DNA of 64,000 nt, taken from Octopus vulgaris. Lineage: Eukaryota. Within the stretch, counting starts at the first letter, position 1, and each line of letters opens with the position of its first letter. This document shows positions 1 through 14,153 of the stretch, piece after piece. The notes under the pieces are model-generated. The model searched no databases and had not been told where the DNA came from. It saw only the letters and a list, made by a program, of their open reading frames with translations. Both the position numbers and the translations under genes were made by a program. The stretch covers positions 11,036,001 to 11,100,000 of the forward strand of contig OX597831.1 in the NCBI GenBank assembly GCA_951406725.2. The letters are read 5' to 3'.

Positions 1-36
<36 letters not shown>

Positions 37-89
37 TAAATGAAAGAATGGAGTCGGACGAAGATGTATATATACATACATAATATATA

Positions 90-955
90 CATGGTCTGAT
101 CAATAAGTATCCGGACAGTTGCCATACTAACGAACCTAAAGCACGCAGATTGAAGCCGCTCGACAAAGATTGACCTTGAACTCTGCTGCGCATGCGCACT
201 AAGGTTTAACGTTCTAGCTCACTTCCGCCGTTTACATTAGCGCTTGGAAAGGAGGTGTGCAGCGTCACTGACCATGACAGAGAAAGTTGTCTGGGCGATA
301 CCTGCTCAGAGGCCTACGCAAAGTTGCAGAATGCGTACAGATAGGAATGTATGCGTCTCATGAGTGGAGGCGTAATGGCCCAGTGGTTAGGGCAGCGGAC
401 TCGCGGTCATAGGATCGCGGTTTCGATTCCCAGACCGGGCGTTGTGAGTGTTTATTGAACGAAAACACCTAAAAGCTCCACGAGGCTCCGGCAGGGGATG
501 GTGGTGATCCCTGCTGTACTCTTTCACCACAACTTTCTCTCACTCTTACTTCCTGTTTCTGTTGTACCTGTATTTCAAAGGACCGGCCTTGTCACTCTCC
601 GTGTCACGCTGAATATCCCCGAGAACTGCGTTAAGGGTACACGTGTCTGTGGAGTGCTCAGCCACTTATACGTTAATTTCACGGGCAGGCTGTTCCGTTG
701 ATTCGGACAACCGGAACCCTCATCGTCGCAACCGACGGTGTGCTTAAAAAAAATATGCGTCTCATACGAGTGTACGAGTGGTTCAGACGTTTCCAAGATG
801 GCCGAAAAAATGTCGATTTTGACGAACGTTCAGGGAGACCCGCAACGAAGAGAACCGAGAAAAGCATCGCAGATGTGCGGCAACTGTGAGGGGAAATCGT
901 CGAGTCACCATCCATGAGTTATGAGAGAATATGCAGATTAGTTAAAGTTCAGTTC
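90..955 (+). mobile_element. Decayed mariner transposon 5' part (left TIR plus transposase HTH), interrupted by a SINE
   Basis: TA followed by a TIR-like CATGGTCTGATCAATAAGTATCCGGAC at 90. After removing the SINE, the translation reads ECMRLIRVYEWFRRFQDGRKNVDFDERSGRPAT...NRRVTIHEL, the mariner HTH/GRP motif, with stops and frameshifts. Confidence 0.85.
366..753 (+). mobile_element. tRNA-derived SINE (family C), full length with target-site duplication
   Basis: A box TGGCCCAGTGG, B box GGTTTCGATTCCC and an A tail; flanked by the direct repeat TATGCGTCTCAT at 350-361 and 754-765. Confidence 0.9.
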
Positions 956-1069
956 GAACTCACGATATTTCGACCGCGAGTCCGCTTCTCTAACCACTTG
1001 GCCATATGCCGCTACGTATGAAAGCAGTCAACAATAAAATCATAATGAACGCTTAGTCTCTCTAGATTA

Positions 1070-1280
1070 GGGGACAGAATGGTTTGCACGTCGGTCAAAA
1101 TATTTAACGGCATTTCATTCATTTTTATGTCCAGTGTTCAAATTCGCCGAGGTCAAGTACGCTTTTCATTCTTTCAGGGGTCGATAAGATGAGTACCAGT
1201 TGAGCAGTTTAGTCGATGTAATCGATCTGCCTCCTCCTCTTCCAAAATTGCTGGCTTTGTGCCAAAATTTGAAACCAATA
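1070..1280 (+). mobile_element. Diverged SINE family B (Meta/MESC-like central domain)
   Basis: CCGAGGTCAAGTACGCTTTTCATTCTTTCAGGGGTCGATAAGATGAGTACCAG aligns with the copies at 48518 and 13172. Further copies lie at about 4085-4219(-), 6165-6350(+), 22325-22470(+), 28341-28430(+), 42396-42498(-) and 47800-48000(-). Confidence 0.75.
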
Positions 1281-2201
1281 TTTGTTCTGTCTCACATATC
1301 GAGTTGGCTTTTCTGTTTTCGTTATATTACGTTGCTGACGATACAGAGAATCACACAAGTGATCTATAAATTACGCGTAAGTCATACACACACACACACA
1401 CATACATACATACATACATACATACATACATACATACATACATACATACATACATACATACACACACATACATACATACATACATACACATACGCACACA
1501 TACATACATACATACATGCATGCATACATACATACATACATACATATGCATATACACAAACGTACATACATACATACATACATACATGCATGCATACATA
1601 CATATACACACACACACACGTCCACACACACACACACACACACACATACATACTTACACATGCATACACACACACGTACATACATACATTCACACACACA
1701 CACATAGATACACACAGGTGGACTGTGTGTAATTCTGCCCCAATTACCCATCGCCTCCTCCCCCAGACCTATTCAGTCGTCTTCAAATACTAAGGCGACA
1801 TTTGAAGCAAAGAAGATTTGCTAATCGTTAAACATTGCCTTAACTAGTTTAGTTCCTTCTCAGAACAGTTGTTCACATGAAGAAGCGCTAGATAAATAGG
1901 ATAGTCTCCCTCCCATTTCAAGACAATTTTGTTGATTGTCCCAAGAGAATATTCCAGAAATGTCCTGATTCTAATGTTCTGTATTACCTTCGTTAAGTAG
2001 ATTCCGTCGTCTTACTCGTCTTCTTGTAATCTTGAAAATTAGCGAAGGAAAAAGAATACTCCGCTGTATCTACGATATGTGTATGTATATATGTGGTTAT
2101 ACGTGTTGAATGTATACGCGCGTTTCCATGTCTGTGCGTTTTTGTATACATGTATATGTGCGTGATTGTGTGTATGACTACGAAAAAGAGACAGAAACGG
2201 G

Positions 2202-2233
<32 letters not shown>

Positions 2234-2750
2234 AGGGAAGAAAAATAAAGGTTTCAGAGAATGAGACTGGTTGCAGGAAAAACAAAAAAAGAATGAATGA
2301 ATGAATGAGGTAACAATCTGGAGTAGATGAGTTAAATATAAATACATAATTATGAGAAAAAACGGCTAAGTCCACCGTACTGTTAATTAGAGACTCAGAG
2401 TGCGCTAATGGGCGGCACAAATATTTAATTGCCATATACAAATCATTTGTGCAGGTCATTCGGCAGAAGCTGAACGACCTGTGTGAGTGCGTGTGTGTTT
2501 TATCTTTCACTTGTTTCAACGATCAGACTGCGGCCATACTGGAGCACCGGCTTGTCGAACAAATGGAGCCCACTGCTTTTGTTTTTGTTTTTTTGTAAAG
2601 TGTGCTCCTTATTCTTTCCGCCCCTCTTTGCTGAACCCCTAATTTACGGGGCCTAAATAAAACAACACCGAGTTTAAAATGGTGGCGGTGGTGGACGTGG
2701 TGGAGTGGAGAAAATCACAAATACAAAAACACACATAGAAACACACATGC

Positions 2751-2801
<51 letters not shown>

Positions 2802-3205
2802 TGTATGTATGTATGTATGTATGTATCTATCTTATCTATCTAACTATTTATCTATCTATATATCTATATATGTATATATATTTATGTACACACACACATA
2901 TATATATATGTATACCTACATATATAAGTGCGTGTGTGTGTATCTATCTATGTATGTATCCATCTATGTATTTATCGATGTATATATCTATCTATCGGTC
3001 CACTCGAGGCTATAACGGAAGATACTTGTTCAACGTACTGCACTGTGGAAGCGAACCTGCAAATACGTGGCTGCCAAGTGATGGGGGGGGGGGGGTAATC
3101 ACAAGCACACAAATACACACACACATACACACACACACACATATATACGACGGGCTTCTTTCAGATTCCGTCTGCCAAATCCACTCTCAAGATATACATA
3201 CATGC

Positions 3206-3241
<36 letters not shown>

Positions 3242-3513
3242 GTATATATGCATATATATGGATGGATGAACATATGTATGTATGCTTATGTATATATACG
3301 TATATATATATATATATGTACATATATGATAGATATATGTGTGTATATATATATATATATACTTTTTAATTATTTACATATATATATATATATACATTTA
3401 TAAATATATATTTAATTATTTACATATGTATATATACATTTATGTATATATATGTCTATATATATATATACATACATTTATATGTGTGTACATGCGTTTG
3501 TGTGTGTGTGTGC

Positions 3514-3554
<41 letters not shown>

Positions 3555-4212
3555 CGTGCGCGTGTGTGTTTACCAAGACTCAGAATTTATACATTAAACA
3601 CCATAAAATCATTATAAATAAAGATTTAGAAATGCTAAAAAATGATGAATGAAAAAAATATACATACACCAATAAATTTAAAGTAATCTCAGAGGAGAAA
3701 ATATTTTAACTTATTTTGTAAAAAAGTAGTTCATTGAAATAGATTTTTAAACAGAAGAAAATAAAAAGATAATTACTAAAGATAATTATAAAAAAATATT
3801 GCAAATATAAATCCGAAAAAAATAATGAGTTGATATGCTGGAAAAAAATTAATTAAAAAATATTAAAAATACTTTTTAGTGTGGCGTTTGTGGTAATTAA
3901 AGAAAAACTGAAATAGATACATTGAAACTTAGCTATAATTCTAATGATGTTACAAAAAGATGTTCAATAAAAATCATGTTTGTTTAGGGAAAAAATAACA
4001 AGATGTTTGAAACTGATATGATGAATACGTAAAGGGCTAAATATATAAATATGGATACCAAAGAAACTAATAATGATAATAATAATAATCTATTCTACTA
4101 TAGGCACAAGGCTTGGAATTTGGAAGAGGGCGATAAGACGATTATATCGCCCCCCCCCCACCAGTACTCAACGGGTACTTATTTTATCGACTCTGAAAGA
4201 ATGAAAAGCAAA

Positions 4213-4288
4213 GTCGACCAGGAAGCATCATGGAGGTGGCTCAACAAGGGTAGCTGAAAAAAGAATACTGACAGCCTAATCATCGTGC
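4213..4288 (+). mobile_element. Tiny R4/Dong-type LINE fragment fused to a family B SINE
   Basis: Translates as VDQEASWRWLNKG / LKKNTDSLII, resembling the SWxWLxxGxLKxETEGLI motif that precedes the zinc knuckle of R4/Dong ORFs. The junction shares GTCGACC with the SINE. Confidence 0.5.
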
Positions 4289-4296
4289 ACACACGC

Positions 4297-4337
<41 letters not shown>

Positions 4338-5033
4338 CACACACATATATATATATACATACGTTCCAAGACGTGTACCAGCGGTCCATGTGGCAGGCTT
4401 GATAATTGTTAGGAGACTTCCCTCCGCATGAAACCATTGGTAATCTTGTTAATCCGCAAATAAACAATGTTTATCCACCAATGCAGTGATGAGCACTCAT
4501 TCTAACTGTCCGATATTAACTAATAAATATTACGTATTATATATAGATGTACACACCAACACAAACACACACACAAACACACACATAAATATATTCTTTT
4601 ATTCTTTAATTTCTTTCAGTCATGTCACTGAGGTCATGCTGGAGCACAGCTTGGGGAGGGGGAAACACACACTGACACAAGGCACACACATATAGATGCA
4701 TACACACAGACACACGCACACACACACACACACACATATACGAAGGGCTTCTTTCAGTTTCCGTCAACCAAATCCACTCACAAGGCTTTTGGTCGGCCGA
4801 GGCTATATTGGAAGACACTTGCCGAAGGTGCCACACAGTGGGACTGAACCCGGAACCGTGTGGTTAGGAAGCAAGCTTCTTACCACACAGTCCAATATAT
4901 GCATATTTATATGGTTACACAAATATGTTTGTGTGTATGTGTGTGCGTGTATGTCTGTTTGAGTGTATGTGTGTGAATACGTGTGTCTGAATGCGTGCGT
5001 GTGTGTATGTGCGTGTTTGTGTGTGTGTGTGAA

Positions 5034-5127
<94 letters not shown>

Positions 5128-5327
5128 TGTGTGTGTGTGTGGAGGCGTTTGCTTGTATTTATGTTTACTGTGTTTACAGGTCGATAAATTAAAAGCAGAT
5201 TGACAAATATACCGAGATGGATAAAATTGAGTAAACTCTTACAATCTCTGCCCCAGCATGGCCGTTGTCCAGTGACTGAAACCAGTAAAAGAATAAAAGT
5301 ATATACATACATGCATGTGCGAGTGTT

Positions 5328-5377
<50 letters not shown>

Positions 5378-6394
5378 CACCTTACTTCCATCTCGATTCC
5401 ATCTAAACGTTGTCGTCTCCTGATTAATATCTCTCCATTTAACTCCTGTCAAATATCCCAATCTTTTCTTCTTCTTCATTAAAATAACCGCAACAACAAC
5501 AACAACAACAACTTCTTCGTCGTCGTCTCCTTCTTCTTCTTCTTCTTCTTCTTCTTCTTCTTCTTCTTCTTCTTCTTCTTCTTCTTCTTCTACTACTACT
5601 ACTACTGCTACTACTATAATTTATAATAATAATAATAATGATGATGATGATGTTAATAACAAAGATAATGTTAATAATAATAATAACAACAATAATAGTA
5701 GTAGTAGTAGTAGTAGTAATAGTAATAACAACAACAACAACAACACCAACAATGATAATAATACTAATAATACTAATAATAATAATAATAAATCCGTGTT
5801 GGGGGTCTCCCCACCCCCTCTATCTGCCTGCTGTCAGCAACAGCCGTTGGACTGGTTCCGTGACATTTTACACCGACAAACACTCCTACGGGTGTCTAGC
5901 TAAGTAAATAACTCATACAGGAGGGGTGGATCTACTAGGTGGAAGTTGGGAGGGGTGGTAGGGAGTTGATTTGGGGTGGTGTCAACATTGCAGTTTGGGA
6001 TGGAGCACACGTTGTGATAGGAGCGATAATAACGATAACGGTCGGAGTTGAGGTTGCAGTTGGATGGTTCGAGAGGGTACCCTAGTAAGTAGAAGCGGGT
6101 ACCGTAGCAGACTGAGTTGCATATGTTTATGAATTCAGTTATCGTTGTTCTTGTTGTTGTTATTGGTGGCCAGCCGGCAGAATAGTTAGCATGCCGGACA
6201 AAATGCTAAGCAACATTTCCTCCAGCTCTTTGTATTCTGAGTTTTAGATCTCGTTAAGGTCGACTTGGCCCTTCAAGATCGATAAAATGAGGATCAGTCA
6301 AGCTCTATGATCGATGTAATCGTCTTTCTTCCTAGTCCTAAATTCCAGATGTAATGACTATAGGAGAAAAAATTATTGCTGTTGTTGTTGTTGT

Positions 6395-6792
6395 TTGTTT
6401 GTTTGCTTGTTGAGCGAAGTGGTCTTCGTCCCAGAGCTCGCAAGATCGCGCTTCTGTAGTGGGAGAAGTCCGAAACGTGGTCCTTTGCTATTCGTAAGAC
6501 CCGCAGAAGAGAAAGCAGGTCAACCCCTGACACCGAGAGCATCGACGGATGGATGAATGCGCATCCAGGCTCAGCGGTTGCGTAGGAAGTCGGGGACAAG
6601 AAACAGGGAGAAATAGTGAAAGAAAGTTGAAGCGAAAGAGTACAACAGGGGCCGCCACTCCCACCCCTGCCGGAACCTCGTGGAGCTTTAGGTGTTTTCG
6701 CTCAATAAACACACACAACGCCCGGTCTGAGAATCGAAACCACGAGTCCTCCGACCTCGAGTCCGCTGTTCTAACTACTGGGCCATTGCACC
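6395..6792 (-). mobile_element. tRNA-derived SINE (family C head, alternative 3' tail)
   Basis: Head and body align with 366-545; the 3' half is unrelated and ends in (CAAA)n/(CAA)n. Confidence 0.85.
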
Positions 6793-7430
6793 TTGTTTTG
6801 CTGTTGCTGTTGTTGCTGTTGTTGTTGTTTCGACTCAAATCAGCTCTGACTGCGCAGATCTATGATAAAAAAACACCCAGACTGTGATAGTCAACATATG
6901 AATTTTTCAGTAGTAGTATATCTAGGACTACACTATATAATGTGTCTCGTTTACTCTGTTAAATGGTAGGCTGTTATCTGAGGAATATTTGGCTGTCATT
7001 TCTCGGAAGCTGAGCAGCATCATTAGCCTGGTGTCAACATTGCTGTTTAGGGTGGAATGATCGAGTCCCATAATGTTTGGAAAACTAACAGCGATTGCAC
7101 CAGATTTATTCCTCCGTGTACGGAGCACAACCTCACCCTAATTTAATACAGGAATAAACATAAGACCTCGGGGATGCACACCCCAGCCACCAACCCAATA
7201 CTGGCATCCAACTGATTATATCTTGGTCAGGTGTGAAGACCTCAACGGCGTTCTGTTCCCCCGGGCAGCGAGCAGGGTTGTGCGTTGGACAACTTCTTGA
7301 TATTAACAAAAGTTAGTTTGACTCAGCTCCGTGCAACTTGAAATTTCGTAGGTTCATAGGACGAAGCTATCTCGTCAGGCATCTAGAAAAATCACGCTTG
7401 CATACTAGCACACACAGACGCATATATTAT

Positions 7431-7843
7431 ATTCTTTTATTTTCTTTTAGATTCTTTTATTTGTTTCAGTCATTTAACTGCGGCCACGCTGGAGCACGAC
7501 CTTTAGTGAAGCAAATCGACCCCAGGACTTATTCTTTGTAAGCCTAGTATTTATTCCAGCGGTCTCTTTTTGCCGAACCGCTAAGTAACAGGGAGGTAAA
7601 CACACCAGCATCGGTTGCCAAGCGATGGTTGAGGGACAAACACAGACACACAAATGCATACATACATATATCTATATGCGACGGGCTTCTTTCAATTTTC
7701 GTCTACCAAATTCACTGACAAGGGCTTTGGTTGGCTCGAGGCTATAGTTGAAGACACTTACCGAAGGTGCCACGCAGAGGGACTGAACCCGGAACCATGT
7801 GGATGGGAAGCAAGCTTCTCACCACACAGCCACGCCTGCGCCT
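7431..7843 (-). mobile_element. CORE-type tRNA SINE (family A) with internal microsatellite
   Basis: tRNA-like head, CORE-like ACCTTCGGTAAGTGTCTTCAACTATAGCCTC, internal (TA)/(TG) tract and a (TAAAAGA)n-type tail. Partial copies at about 2497-3190, 4593-4890, 5248-5300, 12700-12800, 14488-14652, 23140-23255, 26297-26720 and 47545-47690. Confidence 0.9.
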
Positions 7844-7973
7844 CTTTCTCTCTCTATATATGTATGTATGTATAAATGTATGTATGTATGTTTGTATGCA
7901 TGTATGTATGTATGTATGTATGTATATATATATACATATATATATATATATAATATATATGTATGTATGTATG

Positions 7974-8006
<33 letters not shown>

Positions 8007-8192
8007 ATATAGATGTATATATGTATGTATGTATATATCCATATATACAATATATGCGCGCGCGTATATGTATCCGCGCGCGTGCGCGCGTACTGTGTGT
8101 GTGTGACCGTGTCAGGCCGTGTATATCAATATATAAATCTTGACATATTCTCTATATCAATCCTTTCATGCTATTTCTATATCTCCCCGCAT

Positions 8193-8247
<55 letters not shown>

Positions 8248-8716
8248 CTTTGTATATACATAGATACATATGCATAGACCTATATACATATATATATATA
8301 TATATACATGTATAACCAAAGTTGCACTCGTTTGCCAAGTGATTCGATCTGAAATCGTGTGTTTTGGACATAAACGCGTGACGTGCGCGATTGCTGGATG
8401 TTTCATATCAATCTAGCAGGAAGCAATTGTGTTTAGGTACGGAATGACAGACGACAGCCAGTTGAAGGGACGGCAGAGAAGCCATTGGAACAGGAAGTGA
8501 ACAGCTTGTTCATCCTGTAAACGGTTGGTCGCACCGTTAGAAATAGCAGCCAAATATCCCACAAACCACAAACTACAGGCGAAACATCGAACTTCCAGAG
8601 CCTTTGGTTCCAGTCGTTTCGTACTTCTCACTTTCCGAACCAGGGGTGGGTCACCTTTCTCAACACACTTTTAATTAAACAAATATTAAATTTATTTCCG
8701 TATTTAAATAAAATAA

Positions 8717-8925
8717 GGCGGCGAGCTGGCAGAATCGGTAGCACGCCAGGCAAAAAGCGTAACTGCCTTTCGTCCGTCTTCGCGTTCTGAGTTCAAATTC
8801 TACCGATGTTGGCTTTGCCTTTCGATTTCGATAAAATATGAACTAGCCGAAAATTCTGGTCAATGTAATTGACTCACCCTCTTTCCCAAAATTTGATGGC
8901 CTTGTGCCAAAATTTGAAACCAATA
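8717..8925 (+). mobile_element. SINE family B (Meta/MESC-like)
   Basis: GGCGGCGAGCTGGCAGAATCGGTAGCACGCC head and GAGTTCAAATTC B box; aligns with other family B copies. Confidence 0.85.
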
Positions 8926-8973
8926 TTTTGAAATACAGGTACCTGTGTATTAGTATAAATGATACAAGTTTAT

Positions 8974-9431
8974 TAACCGTTAAAGGTCGCCTGAAAGGGT
9001 TGCTTGAATGTGTGTGCCAAGGAAGTGAAAAACAAAAATATATCACTTTTTCTTAAAGTTAATTTTTATTTGTAACATATGGTATAACTATAAACAGGGC
9101 AAATTTTAGCCATTTCTCCACAGACTGAAAAAATCATAAACAACCTTAATTAATTGTCGAACCTTGTTGGGTTTTCATCAGATGCGTCTACAGCATTCTG
9201 ACGGTCTCCAGAGAAGCAAACAGCCAAACTCTACAAATACATCAGTTTACACTTATTTTCTCGTTAAATAAGTACAAAAACTACAGTCATTATTAGTAGC
9301 TTCATGCAAATAAAAAATTTATAATCTCATTATCGAAAAGCGCCATAAAAGAATCACTTTTCTTTGGTGATGGCTGTATCCAAGTAAAACTTTCCAAACA
9401 TCAATTCATAATGTCAGCCGTTTAAGGGTTA
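8974..9431. mobile_element. Possible old piggyBac-like non-autonomous element
   Basis: The ends TTAACCGTTAAAGG and CCGTTTAAGGGTTAG are imperfect inverted repeats of the TTAA-CCC type; no ORF. Confidence 0.3.
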
Positions 9432-9589
9432 GTACTCTACATAGGATGCACGGTACCAGTAAACTAGTCCGACGGGCGCAGGAGTTTGTATATAGGGTGT
9501 TTCAGCAACGCGAAACCCAGAAAAATGTGTGGAGATCAGACGGATATCTTCACGGTCGAGCTTTTGCGCTTCGGTAAGCTCTCTCGGCG

Positions 9590-10352
9590 GCACCCATCTC
9601 ACACCCATCTCGCAGCACACCCATCTCGCACCCATCTCACACCCATCTCGCATTCATCTCAGCACCCATCTCGCACCCATCTCGCACCCATCTCGGTACC
9701 CATCTCGAAACCATCTCGGCACCCATCTCGAACCCATCTCGCACCCATCTCGGCACCCATCTCGCACCCATCTCGCACCCATCTCGGCACCCATCTCGCA
9801 CCCATCTCGCACCCATCTCAGCACCCATCTCGCACCCATCTCAGCACCCATCTCGCACCCATCTCGAACCCATCTCGAACCCATCTCGCACCCATCTCGC
9901 ACCCATCTCGCACCCATCTCGCACCCATCTCGGCACCCATCTCGCACTCATCTCACACCCATATCGCATTCATCTCACACCCATATCGCATTCATCTCAG
10001 CGCCCATCTCGGCACCCATCTCGAACCCATCTTGCACCCACCTCGGCACCCATCTCGCATCCATCTCGGCACCGATCTCGAACCCATCTCGCACCCATCT
10101 CGGCACCCATCTCAGCACCCATCTCGAACCCATCTCGAACCCATCTCGCACCCATCTCGAACCCATCTCGCACCCATCTCACACCCATCTCGCACCCATC
10201 TCACACCCATCTCGCATTCATCTCAGCGCCCATCTCGAACCCATCTCGAACCCATCTCGCACCCATCTCGCACCCATCTCGGCACCCATCTCGCACCCAT
10301 CTCGGCACCCTTCTCGAACCCATCTCGCACCCATCTCAGCACCCATATCGCA
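9590..10352. repeat. 11-12 bp minisatellite (GCACCCATCTC and variants)
   Basis: About 760 bp of tandem GCACCCATCTC / GGCACCCATCTC / AGCACCCATCTC / GAACCCATCTC / ACACCCATCTC units. Confidence 0.97.
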
Positions 10353-10439
10353 CTGGTAGGGTTTCCTATGCCGGACTGGTTTAAGGATAGAGACCAGGCT
10401 AATATGGACCAGAGCCCTACCTAGAAAACAGCAAAGTAA

Positions 10440-10588
10440 CAGAAGCACTGATGACAGTTCAAAAACCAACAAAACCTGGGAAAGGGAGGCCTTCCCTCAG
10501 GGAAGCCAAGAGTTGAGAACAATGGAGAAATGTAGCTGATGGTCCTTGCTCCCTTAGTGAAATACTTAAGCTAGTAGATAAGTAAGTT
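10440..10588 (+). mobile_element. Decayed RTE-type LINE 3' end
   Basis: GKGRP-like remnant, then GATGGTCCTTGCTCCC and a TAAGTAAGT tail as in RTE-clade 3' termini. Confidence 0.45.
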
Positions 10589-11402
10589 TTAGTGGATATA
10601 GAGGTGGGATAAGAACGACGGCTACTGCTCTGGAAACCAAAATCAATTTTAGGAATTGGCTCCTATTGGAGGAGATGTTTCTGCTATTTCTAGCAAATTA
10701 AAAGACCACATCGAAACTTTTTTTTTTTAGCTCTAAGCGGTTCAAATTCTTAAACTGAACTACCTCTGTGAATCGTCCTCTGATGTTATTTGCCCTCAGT
10801 TTATATTTGAAGTGTGTTTTAAGCCGGCATCTATGACATCATCACAACTCTTTGGCGCCTAAGAGGACTTAAGTGACCTTAAAATCTGTCGCACCTCCAG
10901 ATAGCTGGAATAAATGACGGGGGTTGAAATTTGGCTAAAAAAAAATGTGGGCGGGGGGGAGGAGAAAATGGTGAATCCAATAAAGAGAGAACCTGTTGTC
11001 TGAGATGAATAGAATTGGAATCGTGGCAGGAGGCGAATGTAGCATCTCTGTCTATTGACAGAGCACATAGACATATACATACATACATACATACATACAT
11101 ACATACATACATACATACATACATACATACATACATACATACATACGTACATACATACATACATACATACATACATGCATACATACATACATACAAACAT
11201 ACATACATACAAACAAACACACACAAACACGCGGCATCCGTATATATGCCACATACAAAATATGTTAAAACTGGTGATAAATAATGGAGAAATAAACGAT
11301 CAGTTTTTTAAGAAAGATAAGAAAGGATAAAAATACACTTTATATATACACACATATATATACCTATATGTGTATGTGTGTTTGTATACGTATATATATA
11401 TG

Positions 11403-11466
<64 letters not shown>

Positions 11467-11725
11467 TATGTATGTATGTATATAATTATTTGTGTATATA
11501 TATATATGCGAAGATATTACATTAGGCGTTTGGTTGTTTTATTTTCTCCTTTATTTGTTTATTTCTTTTGCTATTTGCTTCATCTGTTTTTGCATTTTAA
11601 ACATTCACACGTTGTGTACGTTAGCTGTTATTGTTGTTGTTGTTTTTGTGGTTGTTGTTGTTGTTGCTGTTGTCTTTGCTGTTGCTGCTGTTTTTGTTGT
11701 TGCTGTTACTGTTGATTTTGTAAAC

Positions 11726-11796
<71 letters not shown>

Positions 11797-11809
11797 CGAC
11801 GACGACGAC

Positions 11810-11840
<31 letters not shown>

Positions 11841-11841
11841 T

Positions 11842-11881
<40 letters not shown>

Positions 11882-12208
11882 AACGATGACGATGATGATG
11901 ATGATGACGACGACGACGACGATGGGACTAACCAATGATCACAGATGTTACAATCCGGGTTCTTTTAGGGACTTGAAGGAATGCATTACCTACGGTGTAC
12001 TTCTCTCCCACACGTGCCCCGCTCCACCCCCATACACGGTTAGAAGTGATTTTTTAAAGGTCTATATGGCTGCTATTTCTGGCAGCTCATGACAGCCCCT
12101 AAGCGCTCCGTCGTCTGTTTATGCTAGCATCTTCCACTCCTCAGCATCAAAGCCCAAATACACAAGAACATATGTGTCGTTATATATACACATACACACA
12201 CACGTACA

Positions 12209-12309
<101 letters not shown>

Positions 12310-12540
12310 ACAAACACAAACCAATACACATTCAGACGTTGTTCTCTTGTGATTACATTGACCTTCCTCTCAACAACTTCGCTATGGGCGCCTTTTTGTT
12401 TATATTTTTAACTGTTTTCTGCCAACAGCCGTTTGACTTAACTGTCTTTCAATTGAAAACATCACGTGACATCAGGCGACATAGCTATTTTGGCAATGAA
12501 TGCCTGTTATGTTGGAGCAGATATATATGTATATACATAC

Positions 12541-12583
<43 letters not shown>

Positions 12584-12596
12584 CATACATACATAC

Positions 12597-12667
<71 letters not shown>

Positions 12668-13171
12668 TATATATATATACACACATATGCATCTGTGTAT
12701 TCAGGCGTACACATAGCTGTGTGGTTTAGAAGTTTGCTCATCAATTACTTAGCTTTCTGATTCAGTTCCACTGCGTTTGCAGCATAGGCGATGGGTACAA
12801 ATTTTGGTAATGTATATATATATATATATAACCATAGGACGACAGTACCTGTAATATTTTTACCCTAGAGAAACCCTTTTCAAAAGACTTCGTGAGTTAA
12901 AAACACAAACCTTCATCTGAGTGGCATCAGCGGATCGTTACACACCTGTGTTTCGAACTGATTTCACCCTTTCAGTGATAAACATTTCCCTTAAGTTCTT
13001 GTATATAGAAATTAGCAAACAAAACATTCGCTTATTCTAGCGGAAGATGGTCAAGCTCCAACAAAACCATTATACGCACTTGGCAGGTGCGTATATTCTG
13101 GCAGCCTGTTTTGTCCCAGAGAAACTTCAATTGTGCGTTGTAATTTAATTCAAGCATTATTAATGTCTAAA

Positions 13172-13411
13172 TTTATTTATTTATTGCCCACTAGGGGCTA
13201 AACATTGAGGGGACAAACAAGGAACAAGGACAGACAAAGGTATTAAGTCGATTACATCGATCCCAGCGCGTATCTGGTACTTAATTTATCGACCCCGAAA
13301 GGATGAAAGGCAAAGTCGACCTCGGCAGAATTTGGACTCAGGACGTAATGGCAGACAAAATACCGCTAAGCATTTCGCCCGGCGTGCTAACAAGTCTGCC
13401 AGCTTGCCGCC
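13172..13411 (-). mobile_element. SINE family B, near full length
   Basis: Reverse complement aligns along the length of 48518-48742. Confidence 0.9.
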
Positions 13412-13434
13412 CTGCCTAATGGCTATATTGCCTA

Positions 13435-13845
13435 ATGGCTATATTGGAAATAGCTTGCTTACCAGACCACACGTTTCCGGGTTCAGTCCCACTGCGTGGC
13501 ACCTTGGGCAAGCGCCTTCTACTATAGCTTCGGACCGACCAAAACCATATGAGTGGAATTGGTAGACGGAAACTGCAAGAAACTCGTCGTGTATATACGT
13601 GTATGTGTGTGTGTGTGTACGTGTGTGTGTGTGTGTTTGCTCCCCAACATTACTTGAAAACCGATGTCGGTATGTTGATGTCTCCGTATCTTAGCGGTTC
13701 AGCCTAAGTGACCGATAGAATAAGAACTAGGCTTACAAACAATAAGTCCTATGGACGAGTTGTCCGACTAAAGGCGGTGCTCTAGTATGGCCGCAGTCAA
13801 ATGACTGGAACAAGTAAAAGAATAAAAGAATAAAAGAGTAAAAGG
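13435..13845 (+). mobile_element. SINE family A (CORE-type)
   Basis: GGGTTCAGTCCCACTGCGTGGCACCTTGGGCAAG, internal (TG)n and a (TAAAAGAA)n tail. Confidence 0.9.
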
Positions 13846-13964
13846 CTATAGAAGAGTAAAACAAAATGGATTGAATATTCTTCCTTTTTTTAACACAACA
13901 ATTGTTTCCACACAACGATTCTCAGGTAGGACATCGATAGCATAATATAATCAAAAATATACAC

Positions 13965-13969
13965 ATACA

Positions 13970-14002
<33 letters not shown>

Positions 14003-14021
14003 TGTTATTATGTTTCGGTTG

Positions 14022-14077
<56 letters not shown>

Positions 14078-14151
14078 TGTCATTGCCTGGAATCGAAATC
14101 AGAATCTTGGGGATTAGTAGCTCGCGCTCTTAGCCACTACGCCATATGCTC
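13965..14151 (-). mobile_element. Internally deleted inverted copy of the tRNA-hammerhead element (head-to-head with 14154-14417)
   Basis: 14074-14151 is the reverse complement of 14154-14232. Remnants TGTTTCGGTTGAT and ATACATTATTTA match the 3' part of the copy at 55596. Confidence 0.8.
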
Positions 14152-14153
14152 AC

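Noticed and set aside
1200-1793. Many long ORFs of HT/YI/CV/MY dipeptides throughout the window
   Set aside because: These are translations of (CA)n, (TA)n and (TACA)n microsatellites that lack stop codons; no domain content.
9486-10424. 312 aa repetitive ORF as a protein, or the array as a CRISPR
   Set aside because: Contiguous tandem units without unique spacers. Unit lengths of 11 and 12 shift frame constantly, and the context is eukaryotic.
12940-12980. Hammerhead-like CTGAAAG...GAAAC on the minus strand
   Set aside because: The core does not fit CUGANGA or UUGANAA, and the stems and cleavage triplet are missing.
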